Assembly (NCBI GenBank): GCA_045541535.1
Contig: JAZQJG010000098.1
Span: forward strand, 26,981 to 90,980
From: Eubacteriales bacterium
Lineage (GTDB): Bacteria; Bacillota; Clostridia; Oscillospirales; QAKW01
DNA: 64,000 nt
Direction: 5' to 3'
Of the stretch, positions 1 to 11,003 are shown piece after piece. Numbering within the stretch: position 1 is the stretch's first letter; the number at the start of each line of letters is the position of its first letter. The notes beneath the pieces are model-generated. The model searched no databases and was not told the origin of the DNA. It saw nothing but the letters and a program-made list of their open reading frames with translations. Position numbers and translations under genes: made by a program.

Positions 1-95
1 TAATCTTCGCCAGTAACTTTGCTTTCGCCACGGGCGACTTGAATATACATCAAAAAATCACGCACGATCGGGGGGATATCCTGATATTGTTGCAT
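1..95 (-). CDS. Tyrosine recombinase/integrase, N-terminal 31 codons only (gene body lies left of the window)
   Basis: ATG at 95-93 with a GAGGTG RBS 5 nt upstream. It translates to MQQYQDIPPIVRDFLMYIQVARGESKVTGED. This fits the N-terminal core-binding (SAM-like) pattern ..L.dFL.Y....rG.S..T...Y that I recognise from clostridial tyrosine recombinases. Too short to be certain. Confidence 0.4.
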   Translation of the reverse strand, partial: MQQYQDIPPIVRDFLMYIQVARGESKVTGED

Positions 96-154
96 TATAA
101 CACCTCATTTACGGTTTGATGGTTAATGGGAGGGAGGGATATTTCGATATTGCA

Positions 155-184
155 AATTATACATAATAAATATTATGTATAATT
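155..184. other. Candidate Xer/dif-type recombination site: AATTATACATAA-TAAATA-TTATGTATAATT
   Basis: Exact 12-bp inverted arms (155-166 and 173-184) around a non-palindromic 6-bp core. The right arm matches the XerD-side arms of E. coli and B. subtilis dif at 9/11 positions (dif sequences from memory). It lies 60 bp upstream of the recombinase ATG. It could instead be an operator or promoter element. Confidence 0.4.
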
Positions 185-648
185 AAGGGGAGGGATAAAT
201 ATATAAAATTAGGTATATAAGGGCGATTTTGGCCGTTTTACTAAAACAGCACCATTTGAGTCTATTTGTAAAAGAAATCTATCATAATCCATATACTGAA
301 CTTATTTTATGATATAACTGCAGCTTGATTAATCTTTTCTGCTTAGCTTTTCGTTTTTAAAAATTAACTGCAATTTTAATATGCCTTCCTTACTATTTCT
401 CCCAAAAAAAGATCCTCTCATTTTTTTAAAATGAACTCTGCTATGTTATAAATGTTTCTATTTGATTTTGGTATCTGCTATTACTATCAAAATCGTTTTC
501 AATTCATTATATCGGTAATATTTCAAAAATCGGGTCTCCAAGTGTTATGCCCTGTGGCTCATTTCGGAATCAAACAACCTAACCGGATTCTTTCCCATTG
601 CCCTCAGGATAAGTCAACGATTAAAGAAAATCAACTATACAATTTCAA

Positions 649-665
649 AAATATTATGTATAATT
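649..665. repeat. Second copy of the 17-mer AAATATTATGTATAATT (identical to 168-184)
   Basis: Exact 17/17 direct repeat of the dif-like right arm plus 5 nt of core. The partner (left) arm is degenerate here (AACTATACAAT at 633-643, wrong spacing). Confidence 0.6.
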
Positions 666-682
666 GGAGATATGGAATACAA

Positions 683-2056
683 TTAGTTTTGCATTCCGTT
701 TCTGACAATATGAATTGCTTGGGATACCGATTTAACAGCGATAATTTCAATTCCGCTAAAAGTCTGTTTTAATACGTTTCTTCCGGGAACCATAATTCGT
801 TTGAAGCCCAGTTTTTTAGCTTCTGCAATACGCTTGTCCAAAAAACTTACAGCTCTGATCTCTCCGGACAGCCCTATCTCCCCTACTACCAACAAATCTG
901 AAGGAATTTCAAAATCAGCAAGACTGGAAGCAATTGCCATGGTAATTGCAAGATCGGCGCTGGGCTCATCAATCCGAAAACCGCCGATCACGTTTAAGTA
1001 GATATCCTGATTAAAAAGTTGATAATTGGCCCTCTTTTCCAGCACCGCCGTTAACAGATGCATTCTGTTCAGGTCAATGCCTGCCGACATTCTTCTGGGA
1101 TTGGGATATACGGTTTTGGAAACAAGGGCCTGCACCTCCGCCAAAATCGGACGGGAGCCTTCGATCAGGCAGGTGACGCAGGAGCCGGGTACGTTTTCAG
1201 GGCGGCCTTCCAAAAACATTTTGGAGGGGTTGTCCACCTCCACCAAGCCCTCAGCCGCCATATCAAATACGCCGATTTCGTTGGTAGAGCCGAAACGGTT
1301 TTTAACCGCACGCAGTAAACGGTAAGAAAGATTTTTATCTCCTTCAAAATACAGCACCGTATCTACCATATGCTCCAGCATTTTGGGGCCTGCCAAAGAT
1401 CCTTCTTTGGTAACATGACCAATAACGAAAATGGTAACGCCGTGTTCTTTTGCAAGACGCATCAGCGCCGAAGTGGATTCTTTGATTTGAGAAGCACTGC
1501 CGGGTGCATAGGAAACGTTACCGCAGGTCATGGTTTGAATGGAGTCGATAATCAGAATATCCGGTTGATGCTCCAGCACCAACTGAACGATGGTGTCCAT
1601 ATCGGTTTCGGAAATCAGTTTGATGTTCGGAGACGAAACGCCAAGACGGTTGGCACGAATCTTGATTTGACCTTTAGATTCCTCGCCGGAAACGTAATAA
1701 ACCTCTTGGGTCTGAGCAAATTTTTCACAAACCTGCAACAGTAAGGTGGATTTACCGATGCCGGGATCACCGCCAACCAACACTAATGAACCGTAAACCA
1801 GCCCACCACCCAATACACGGTCAAACTCCTTTAGGCCCGTTAAAATACGCTTGCCCGAACTCTCGCTGACCTCATTGATGGGAACCACGTCAACTTTCTT
1901 TGCAGCTGCTTTGGCGGCAGAATTTTGCACGGAAGCTTCCGTTACAATTTCTTCTTCCAGCGTACCCCATTCGCCGCAATTGGGACATTTGCCCCAAAAT
2001 TTGGCGCTCTCGTAGCCACAATTGGTACAAACAAATTTATTCTTTACCTTTGCCAT
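683..2056 (-). CDS. radA: DNA repair protein RadA/Sms
   Basis: N-terminal CxxC...CxxC zinc finger (CTNCGYES..CPNCGEWG), Walker A GDPGIGKST, KNRFG motif (AVKNRFGSTNEIGVF), Lon-protease-like C-terminal domain. Confidence 0.97.
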   Translation of the reverse strand: MAKVKNKFVCTNCGYESAKFWGKCPNCGEWGTLEEEIVTEASVQNSAAKAAAKKVDVVPINEVSESSGKRILTGLKEFDRVLGGGLVYGSLVLVGGDPGIGKSTLLLQVCEKFAQTQEVYYVSGEESKGQIKIRANRLGVSSPNIKLISETDMDTIVQLVLEHQPDILIIDSIQTMTCGNVSYAPGSASQIKESTSALMRLAKEHGVTIFVIGHVTKEGSLAGPKMLEHMVDTVLYFEGDKNLSYRLLRAVKNRFGSTNEIGVFDMAAEGLVEVDNPSKMFLEGRPENVPGSCVTCLIEGSRPILAEVQALVSKTVYPNPRRMSAGIDLNRMHLLTAVLEKRANYQLFNQDIYLNVIGGFRIDEPSADLAITMAIASSLADFEIPSDLLVVGEIGLSGEIRAVSFLDKRIAEAKKLGFKRIMVPGRNVLKQTFSGIEIIAVKSVSQAIHIVRNGMQN

Positions 2057-2065
2057 GTTTTCTCC

Positions 2066-2737
2066 TTACTGTTGTACAGCCTCATAAATCAGACGGGCAA
2101 GTTTACGTTGATATTCTTCATCCTTTAATTTCAAAAGCTCCTCTTGATTTGTCAAAAAGCCGCACTCAATCAAGATTGCAGAATTATCGGTGTTTTTAAA
2201 AAGGTATAGTGAGTCGGAAATCGGCTTACAGTTTTTAGTGTGATCAGGCTGTAGTTGTTCGTTAATGTTTTGTTGCAGGCGTTGGGCAATTGACAAGGAT
2301 TTCGGATCATTATCCTTATAAAAGACCTGACAGCCGTATACGGATGAATTGGGATAGGTATTCATATGAACGCTGATCAACAATGCCTGCGGATATCTTT
2401 TAGCCAGTTCCACCCGTTGCTTCATATCCGAAATTTTATGTTCCCGAATACTGCCTTTCACAACGGAAAGTCCCTGTTCGCTACTACGAGAAATAATCGC
2501 TTTTCCCTGATCAAACAGTTGATAAACAGCCGTTCCTATTTGCAAATTGAGCATCTGTTCCGTAGTTCCGTCAAGGCCAACTGCACCACCGTCCGGCAAC
2601 CCGTGACCGGGATCAATGATAAATTGTACCATAGATTGCTCAATCATCGGCTTGGTAGCCGGCAACAAAAGACATACGGCCATAAAGGCCAAACAGCCAA
2701 AACTCAATAAAATTTGCTTGCGATAACGAGAAAACAA
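2066..2737 (-). CDS. N-acetylmuramoyl-L-alanine amidase (Amidase_3), CwlD-like
   Basis: N-terminal membrane anchor, then IDPGHGLPDGGAVG and HMNT/ECGFLTN motifs typical of the Amidase_3/CwlD germination amidase family. The stop lies 9 nt before the radA start. Confidence 0.8.
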   Translation of the reverse strand: MFSRYRKQILLSFGCLAFMAVCLLLPATKPMIEQSMVQFIIDPGHGLPDGGAVGLDGTTEQMLNLQIGTAVYQLFDQGKAIISRSSEQGLSVVKGSIREHKISDMKQRVELAKRYPQALLISVHMNTYPNSSVYGCQVFYKDNDPKSLSIAQRLQQNINEQLQPDHTKNCKPISDSLYLFKNTDNSAILIECGFLTNQEELLKLKDEEYQRKLARLIYEAVQQ

Positions 2738-2772
2738 AAACCATCACCGCTAAAGCATATTCACTTTGGCGT

Positions 2773-3321
2773 TTATTTATGTGAGGAATAACGTCCAAAA
2801 GCATCCTTGAGTTTTTGAGAGTAAACGATGCCCTTACAACCGCTGATATAACCTATGAACGGAAACAAAATTTGCATTGCAAGACAAAGCAAACAAATCA
2901 ATATAGGATGATTGGGTATAATGTGCTGTAACGGCCAATAACCGAAAAGATTCCACATAGTAAAAACGTACAGGCCGCTCTTGAGATATAATACACCGCC
3001 AAAATGCCCAACAGCCCAAACCAACAGCATAAGCAAGCTGGGCACAGCCCCCAGCACAGCGCCGAGCAATCCGCGCAACAGATATCCCTGATCATACGCT
3101 TCGGAAGAATGCCGACTTACGTCGTGAAATCCGGCCTTGTAGGCGCCGTGATAAGAGATATAATAATAGAAAAACACGTTTAAAATCAAAAATAAAACGT
3201 AGGTCAACAAGCTATTTTGACCGAAAACAAAAGGAAACGGTATGATACACATACAACACGCAATATCTGCGATAAATTGATTGAGCAGCAAAGTACCGCT
3301 TAACTTAAATACAGGTTTCAA
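2773..3321 (-). CDS. Uncharacterised polytopic membrane protein (about 5 hydrophobic segments)
   Basis: 182-aa ORF, strongly hydrophobic and aromatic-rich, in the operon gap between gatB and the amidase. No family recognised. Confidence 0.6.
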   Translation of the reverse strand: MKPVFKLSGTLLLNQFIADIACCMCIIPFPFVFGQNSLLTYVLFLILNVFFYYYISYHGAYKAGFHDVSRHSSEAYDQGYLLRGLLGAVLGAVPSLLMLLVWAVGHFGGVLYLKSGLYVFTMWNLFGYWPLQHIIPNHPILICLLCLAMQILFPFIGYISGCKGIVYSQKLKDAFGRYSSHK

Positions 3322-3329
3322 AAGATCAC

Positions 3330-6759
<3,430 letters not shown>

Positions 6760-8220
6760 TTACTCATTTCCTTTCAGATTTTCGTAAATCAAGTGTAGCT
6801 GTTCTTCCAGCTTTTCGGGGAATTTTAAATATTCTTGTGGGTATTTTGTATTAACAAAACGGTCAATCCGACCGATTTTGTTGTGAATAATTTTGGTGGA
6901 GGCGCCGGCGCCACAGCCGAATACGCTGTGAACGTCTTCCATCATATACACGTTATATTTTCCGATATATCCGGCTTTGGCATAGCCGATGTTTTCTCCG
7001 TTGGAAAGAGTGCTTTTTTGCCGGTAGATATAGTAGGGATAAAACTCGTTTTTATGCAAAATCTCATAGCCGCCGGCAAGCATTTCCGCCACCCGGTCTG
7101 CTTTCGGATCATACAAGCGATCCGGCGTGCTCCAGGTACTCGCTTTTTTGATGGACAAGGAATGTACCGTAACATTCTCCACACCAAGATCTATTACCTT
7201 GTGTAAAGAATCCAGATGACTTTTCACCGTTTCCTCCGGCAAGCCTGCAATAAAGTCCACATTAATGCAATCAAAGCCAAAACTGCGTGCAAGCTTGCAG
7301 GCAGCTATAAATTCCGCGGCTGTATGCCGACGCCCTACCCCCGCCAGTACTTGATCATTTAGGGTTTGACAATTGATGCATAATCGATCAATGGGATATT
7401 TTCTTAACACCGCCAGACGGTCAGGGGTCACGGTTTCGGGGCGGCCGATCTCAAAGCAACATTCTCGCAGCGGATGCCGCAGTTTTGAAAACAGCAGTGA
7501 AAGCAAGGCCTCCATTTGCTCCGCAGACAAAATACCCGGTGTGCCACCACCCACGTAAACTGTGGAAATCTTTTTACCAAAACGGTAGATCAGATCAATC
7601 TTTTGCTCCACTTCCCACAAAAGCCGTTGTAAATACGGCTCAACCAAATTTCTAACCTTCTCTACCGAGGCGCTGACAAAGGAACAATAGGAGCATTTTG
7701 ACGGGCAGAACGGAATGGAAATGTACAGTGAAACATCGTTTTCCACCCCATTGTAGTAAATACTTTTACGAAAAGAAAAGATCGTGTCAAGAATTTGACT
7801 CTTTTGTTCGGAAACGTAAAAATTTTTTTGTAAAATCTCGCCGGCCTTATCTCCGTATTGCGCCGAAATTTTTTCGTATACGCTCATAGGACGAATGCCT
7901 GTTAAAATCCCCCAGGGTGGACAGATACCCGTTGCCTTGCAACAAGCAAAATAAACCGTCTGCTTTACAAAACGAAGTTCATTTTCAGGCGATTTGCCCA
8001 CAAAAGTCCTTTGACAAGAAAATCTCTTCCCGCCGAAACGAACGCAAGCATATGCAATTTTTCGGTCATCACCGATGGCAGAAAGTTTTGAATAGACGGA
8101 AACGTCATGCCTTGCGGCACTGTTATCCAGAATTCTGCTACCCGGCCAGAATAAAAGCGTTACGTTAATAACGTCAAACGCCTTTTTATGACCGGCGGTG
8201 TTTACGTAAACGTTGGCCAT
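6760..8220 (-). CDS. HemN-family radical SAM protein (HemZ-like oxygen-independent coproporphyrinogen dehydrogenase family)
   Basis: CPSKCSYCSF (CX3CX2C) radical SAM motif, GGGTP motif, HemN-like C-terminal region and about a 150-aa N-terminal extension. Confidence 0.85.
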   Translation of the reverse strand: MANVYVNTAGHKKAFDVINVTLLFWPGSRILDNSAARHDVSVYSKLSAIGDDRKIAYACVRFGGKRFSCQRTFVGKSPENELRFVKQTVYFACCKATGICPPWGILTGIRPMSVYEKISAQYGDKAGEILQKNFYVSEQKSQILDTIFSFRKSIYYNGVENDVSLYISIPFCPSKCSYCSFVSASVEKVRNLVEPYLQRLLWEVEQKIDLIYRFGKKISTVYVGGGTPGILSAEQMEALLSLLFSKLRHPLRECCFEIGRPETVTPDRLAVLRKYPIDRLCINCQTLNDQVLAGVGRRHTAAEFIAACKLARSFGFDCINVDFIAGLPEETVKSHLDSLHKVIDLGVENVTVHSLSIKKASTWSTPDRLYDPKADRVAEMLAGGYEILHKNEFYPYYIYRQKSTLSNGENIGYAKAGYIGKYNVYMMEDVHSVFGCGAGASTKIIHNKIGRIDRFVNTKYPQEYLKFPEKLEEQLHLIYENLKGNE

Positions 8221-8232
8221 AGGTTCTCCTGA

Positions 8233-8820
8233 TCAAAAAGATTTTCTTTCCTTAAAAATCGTTGTAGACGGTCCGTGTCCGGGATACACCGTCAAATTAT
8301 CGTTAATCTCCAGTAACTGTCTCACCGAATTCATTTCCGTCAAAGCGTCGCCGCCGGGAAACGAAGTGTTACCGATACCCTGACAAAAGAGCGTGTCACC
8401 CGAAAACAGCGCGTCCTCTACACGATAACATACCGATCCCGGCGAGTGGCCGGGAGTATGAATGATTTCGATCCCGTATTGACTAAGATCAATTTCTTCA
8501 TTAGCACAGAGAAGATCAAAGGTAACTGCTTGTCCGAGTATTGCAGTTGATAAATTGAAGGAAGGATCGCAGAGATAATGTTGATCCGCAGAATGAATAA
8601 CGATCTGCGTATCACTGTTTTCAAACAGTGAAAGGGATGAAATATGATCAATGTGACCGTGGGTCAACAACAGAAAGTCAGGCCAGATGCCAAAAGAAGC
8701 AAGATGCCGCTTCGTATCCTGTACCGATCCGCCGCAATCCACCATAAAGCATTTATTATTTTTTTCAAAAAGATACACGTTGGTGTCAAAAAAATCTGTA
8801 ACAAAATGCTGTATTTTCAT
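8233..8820 (-). CDS. MBL-fold metallo-hydrolase (glyoxalase II-like)
   Basis: THGHIDH (HxHxDH) metal motif, 195 aa. Confidence 0.85.
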   Translation of the reverse strand: MKIQHFVTDFFDTNVYLFEKNNKCFMVDCGGSVQDTKRHLASFGIWPDFLLLTHGHIDHISSLSLFENSDTQIVIHSADQHYLCDPSFNLSTAILGQAVTFDLLCANEEIDLSQYGIEIIHTPGHSPGSVCYRVEDALFSGDTLFCQGIGNTSFPGGDALTEMNSVRQLLEINDNLTVYPGHGPSTTIFKERKSF

Positions 8821-8822
8821 AT

Positions 8823-11003
8823 CTACACTCTTGAAATCTCAATCACGTCTTTCAGTTTCTCCAGCTTTGCAATAATCTGGTTAAGATGCTGGATATCCCG
8901 CACCTCAAAGGACATTGTGATCACAGCGTGATCTTTCTCCGTACGATGGGGATTGGCGCTGACAGAATGAATGGAAACCTTCATATCCGCCATAGCAGAA
9001 GCAACTGCCGCCATAACACCAATACTCTCTTTGGTTTCAATACGAATGTTGGCGGTAAAGGCGGCCGGTGTCGTTTCATCCCAATGCGCCTTCAGCCATC
9101 GCTCCGGTGCTGCATCCATTCCCGTTACGGCGTTGGGACAATCCACTTTATGAATAGACACGCCAAAACCTTTGGTAATAAAGCCGCAAATATAGTCGCC
9201 CGGCAGAGGTGAACAGCATTTTGCAAACTTCACAAGACAATTATCAATGCCCTCCACCACAACGCCGCCGGAAGCGGTTTTACGTTTGTGAACGGGAATC
9301 ACCTTGATTTCTTTGGCCTTTTGCATTTTCATGGCAATGTCCTTGACTTTGTTTGCCACCTTAAATGCGGTGGTACCGCCGTAACCGATAGCGCTATATA
9401 GATCGTCTATGTGATTATAGTGCATTCTCTCACAGACGAGTTCAAGTATTTTCAACTTGTCTTCCTGCTCCAGTCGGATGCCCAGTTCCCGCAACTCTTT
9501 ATCCAGTTCGGTCTGACCCGTGGTAATATTTTCTTCACGACACTCTTTTTTGAAATACTGTCGGATCTTGTTACGGGCCTCACTGGTGGTTGCAATCTTC
9601 ATCCAGTTGCGAGAAGGGGCATGATTGGCAGAAGAAGTGGTAAGGATTTCTACGATCTCGCCGGTACTGAGTTTATAATCAAAGGGCACGATCTTGCCAT
9701 TTACTTTGGCACCGATCATTCGATTACCGACAGCCGAATGGATGGAATAGGCAAAGTCAATCAGATTTGCCCCAAGAGGCAGATCCACCACGTCGCCTTT
9801 CGGCGTGAATACAAATACCTCTTCTGCAAACAGATCCACCTTTAGTCCGGAAATGAAGTCCTCGGTGTCCCCTACCTCGTTTGCTTCCAGCAGAGAACGA
9901 ATCCAATGAAGCTTGGAATCCACGGACTCCGAACTGCTACGTACGCCGCTCTTGTATTTCCAGTGAGCCGCGATACCGTATTCTGCCGTATTGTGCATAT
10001 CCCAGGTACGAATCTGTACCTCAAACGGGATGCCGGTTTTTCCGATTACCGTCGTGTGCAAGGATTGATACATATTGTGCTTCGGTGTGGAAATATAATC
10101 CTTAAACCGACCGGGAATGGGATTGAAAATATCGTGAATCAAACCCAAAACAAAGTAGCAATCCGTCATACTGTCCACAATTACCCGGAAGGCATATACA
10201 TCGAAGATTTCTTCAAAAGCCTTGTTTTGCGTGAACAGCTTACGGTAAATACTGAAAATATGCTTTACACGGTATTCCAGATGGAACTTGATGTTAAACT
10301 CCGCCAGCTTTTCGGAAATGCGTTGCAGCGTCTGATCAAAGAAATTGCCGTCGGTATTGGCAAATTGCTCCAGTCGGTCAACGATCATCTTATAGCCGAC
10401 GGGATCCAGATAGGACAGACAGGTATCCTCCAGCTCAGTTTTGATTTTTTGCATACCGAGACGATGCGCAAGGGGCGCATAGATTTCCATAGTTTCCAAC
10501 GCCACCCGCAATTGCTTGGAGGAAGGTACTGCATCCAAGGTGCGCACGTTGTGCAAACGGTCAGCCAGCTTAATGATAATGACCCGCAGATCTTTTGCCA
10601 TAGCAAAAAACATCTTGCGCAGATATTCAATCTGCTGTTCCTCTTTAGAGGAATAAGGAATCTTGCCGATTTTGGTAACGCCGTCTACCAGTTCCGCTAC
10701 CGAGCGGCCAAACTCTTCCTTGACAGTGTCGAAGGTTGCCTCGGTGTCCTCGATGGTATCGTGCAGTAACGCGGCAATGACCGAGTCGGAATCAAGGCCC
10801 AACTCGTGGGTAATGATCGCCACCTGCAAAGGATGACAGATATAGGGCTCGCCCGACGTTCTGCGCTGATCCCCGTGATGGGATTTGGCAAACTCAAAGG
10901 CCTTTTCAATTTTTTCAAAATCATAAGTCCTGCCGTCCGAATGAAGACAGTCACAGAGCTTTTGATACAGTTGATGGACTATATCCATTGTTTCCTCCCT
11001 CAA
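8823..11003 (-). CDS. relA: Bifunctional (p)ppGpp synthetase/hydrolase RelA/SpoT (Rel)
   Basis: HD hydrolase domain (HDTIEDT), synthetase motif RFKDYISTPKHNMYQSLHTTV, TGS and C-terminal ACT regions. Confidence 0.97.
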   Translation of the reverse strand: MREETMDIVHQLYQKLCDCLHSDGRTYDFEKIEKAFEFAKSHHGDQRRTSGEPYICHPLQVAIITHELGLDSDSVIAALLHDTIEDTEATFDTVKEEFGRSVAELVDGVTKIGKIPYSSKEEQQIEYLRKMFFAMAKDLRVIIIKLADRLHNVRTLDAVPSSKQLRVALETMEIYAPLAHRLGMQKIKTELEDTCLSYLDPVGYKMIVDRLEQFANTDGNFFDQTLQRISEKLAEFNIKFHLEYRVKHIFSIYRKLFTQNKAFEEIFDVYAFRVIVDSMTDCYFVLGLIHDIFNPIPGRFKDYISTPKHNMYQSLHTTVIGKTGIPFEVQIRTWDMHNTAEYGIAAHWKYKSGVRSSSESVDSKLHWIRSLLEANEVGDTEDFISGLKVDLFAEEVFVFTPKGDVVDLPLGANLIDFAYSIHSAVGNRMIGAKVNGKIVPFDYKLSTGEIVEILTTSSANHAPSRNWMKIATTSEARNKIRQYFKKECREENITTGQTELDKELRELGIRLEQEDKLKILELVCERMHYNHIDDLYSAIGYGGTTAFKVANKVKDIAMKMQKAKEIKVIPVHKRKTASGGVVVEGIDNCLVKFAKCCSPLPGDYICGFITKGFGVSIHKVDCPNAVTGMDAAPERWLKAHWDETTPAAFTANIRIETKESIGVMAAVASAMADMKVSIHSVSANPHRTEKDHAVITMSFEVRDIQHLNQIIAKLEKLKDVIEISRV

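Noticed and set aside
187-194. GGGGAGGG, which matches the E. coli KOPS consensus, as evidence for an FtsK-orienting sequence.
   Set aside because: It is a single occurrence, and its sister motif on the other side of the palindrome is on the same strand rather than convergent. Firmicute SpoIIIE/FtsK recognition motifs also differ (GAGAAGGG in B. subtilis, from memory). It is retained only as a low-interest observation.
500-640. A slightly more GC-rich patch in the radA-recombinase gap, examined as a possible riboswitch, SRP RNA or 6S RNA.
   Set aside because: I could find only weak 5-bp helices and none of the conserved cores I know (TPP, FMN, SAM, c-di-GMP, SRP GNAR/AGCA motifs). There is no supportable RNA call without covariance-model searches.
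452-772. 106-aa plus-strand ORF in the AT-rich gap that overlaps the radA 3' end.
   Set aside because: No RBS. Its composition is driven by AT-rich DNA (rich in F, Y, N, I). It overlaps the radA stop region on the opposite strand, and no family was recognised.
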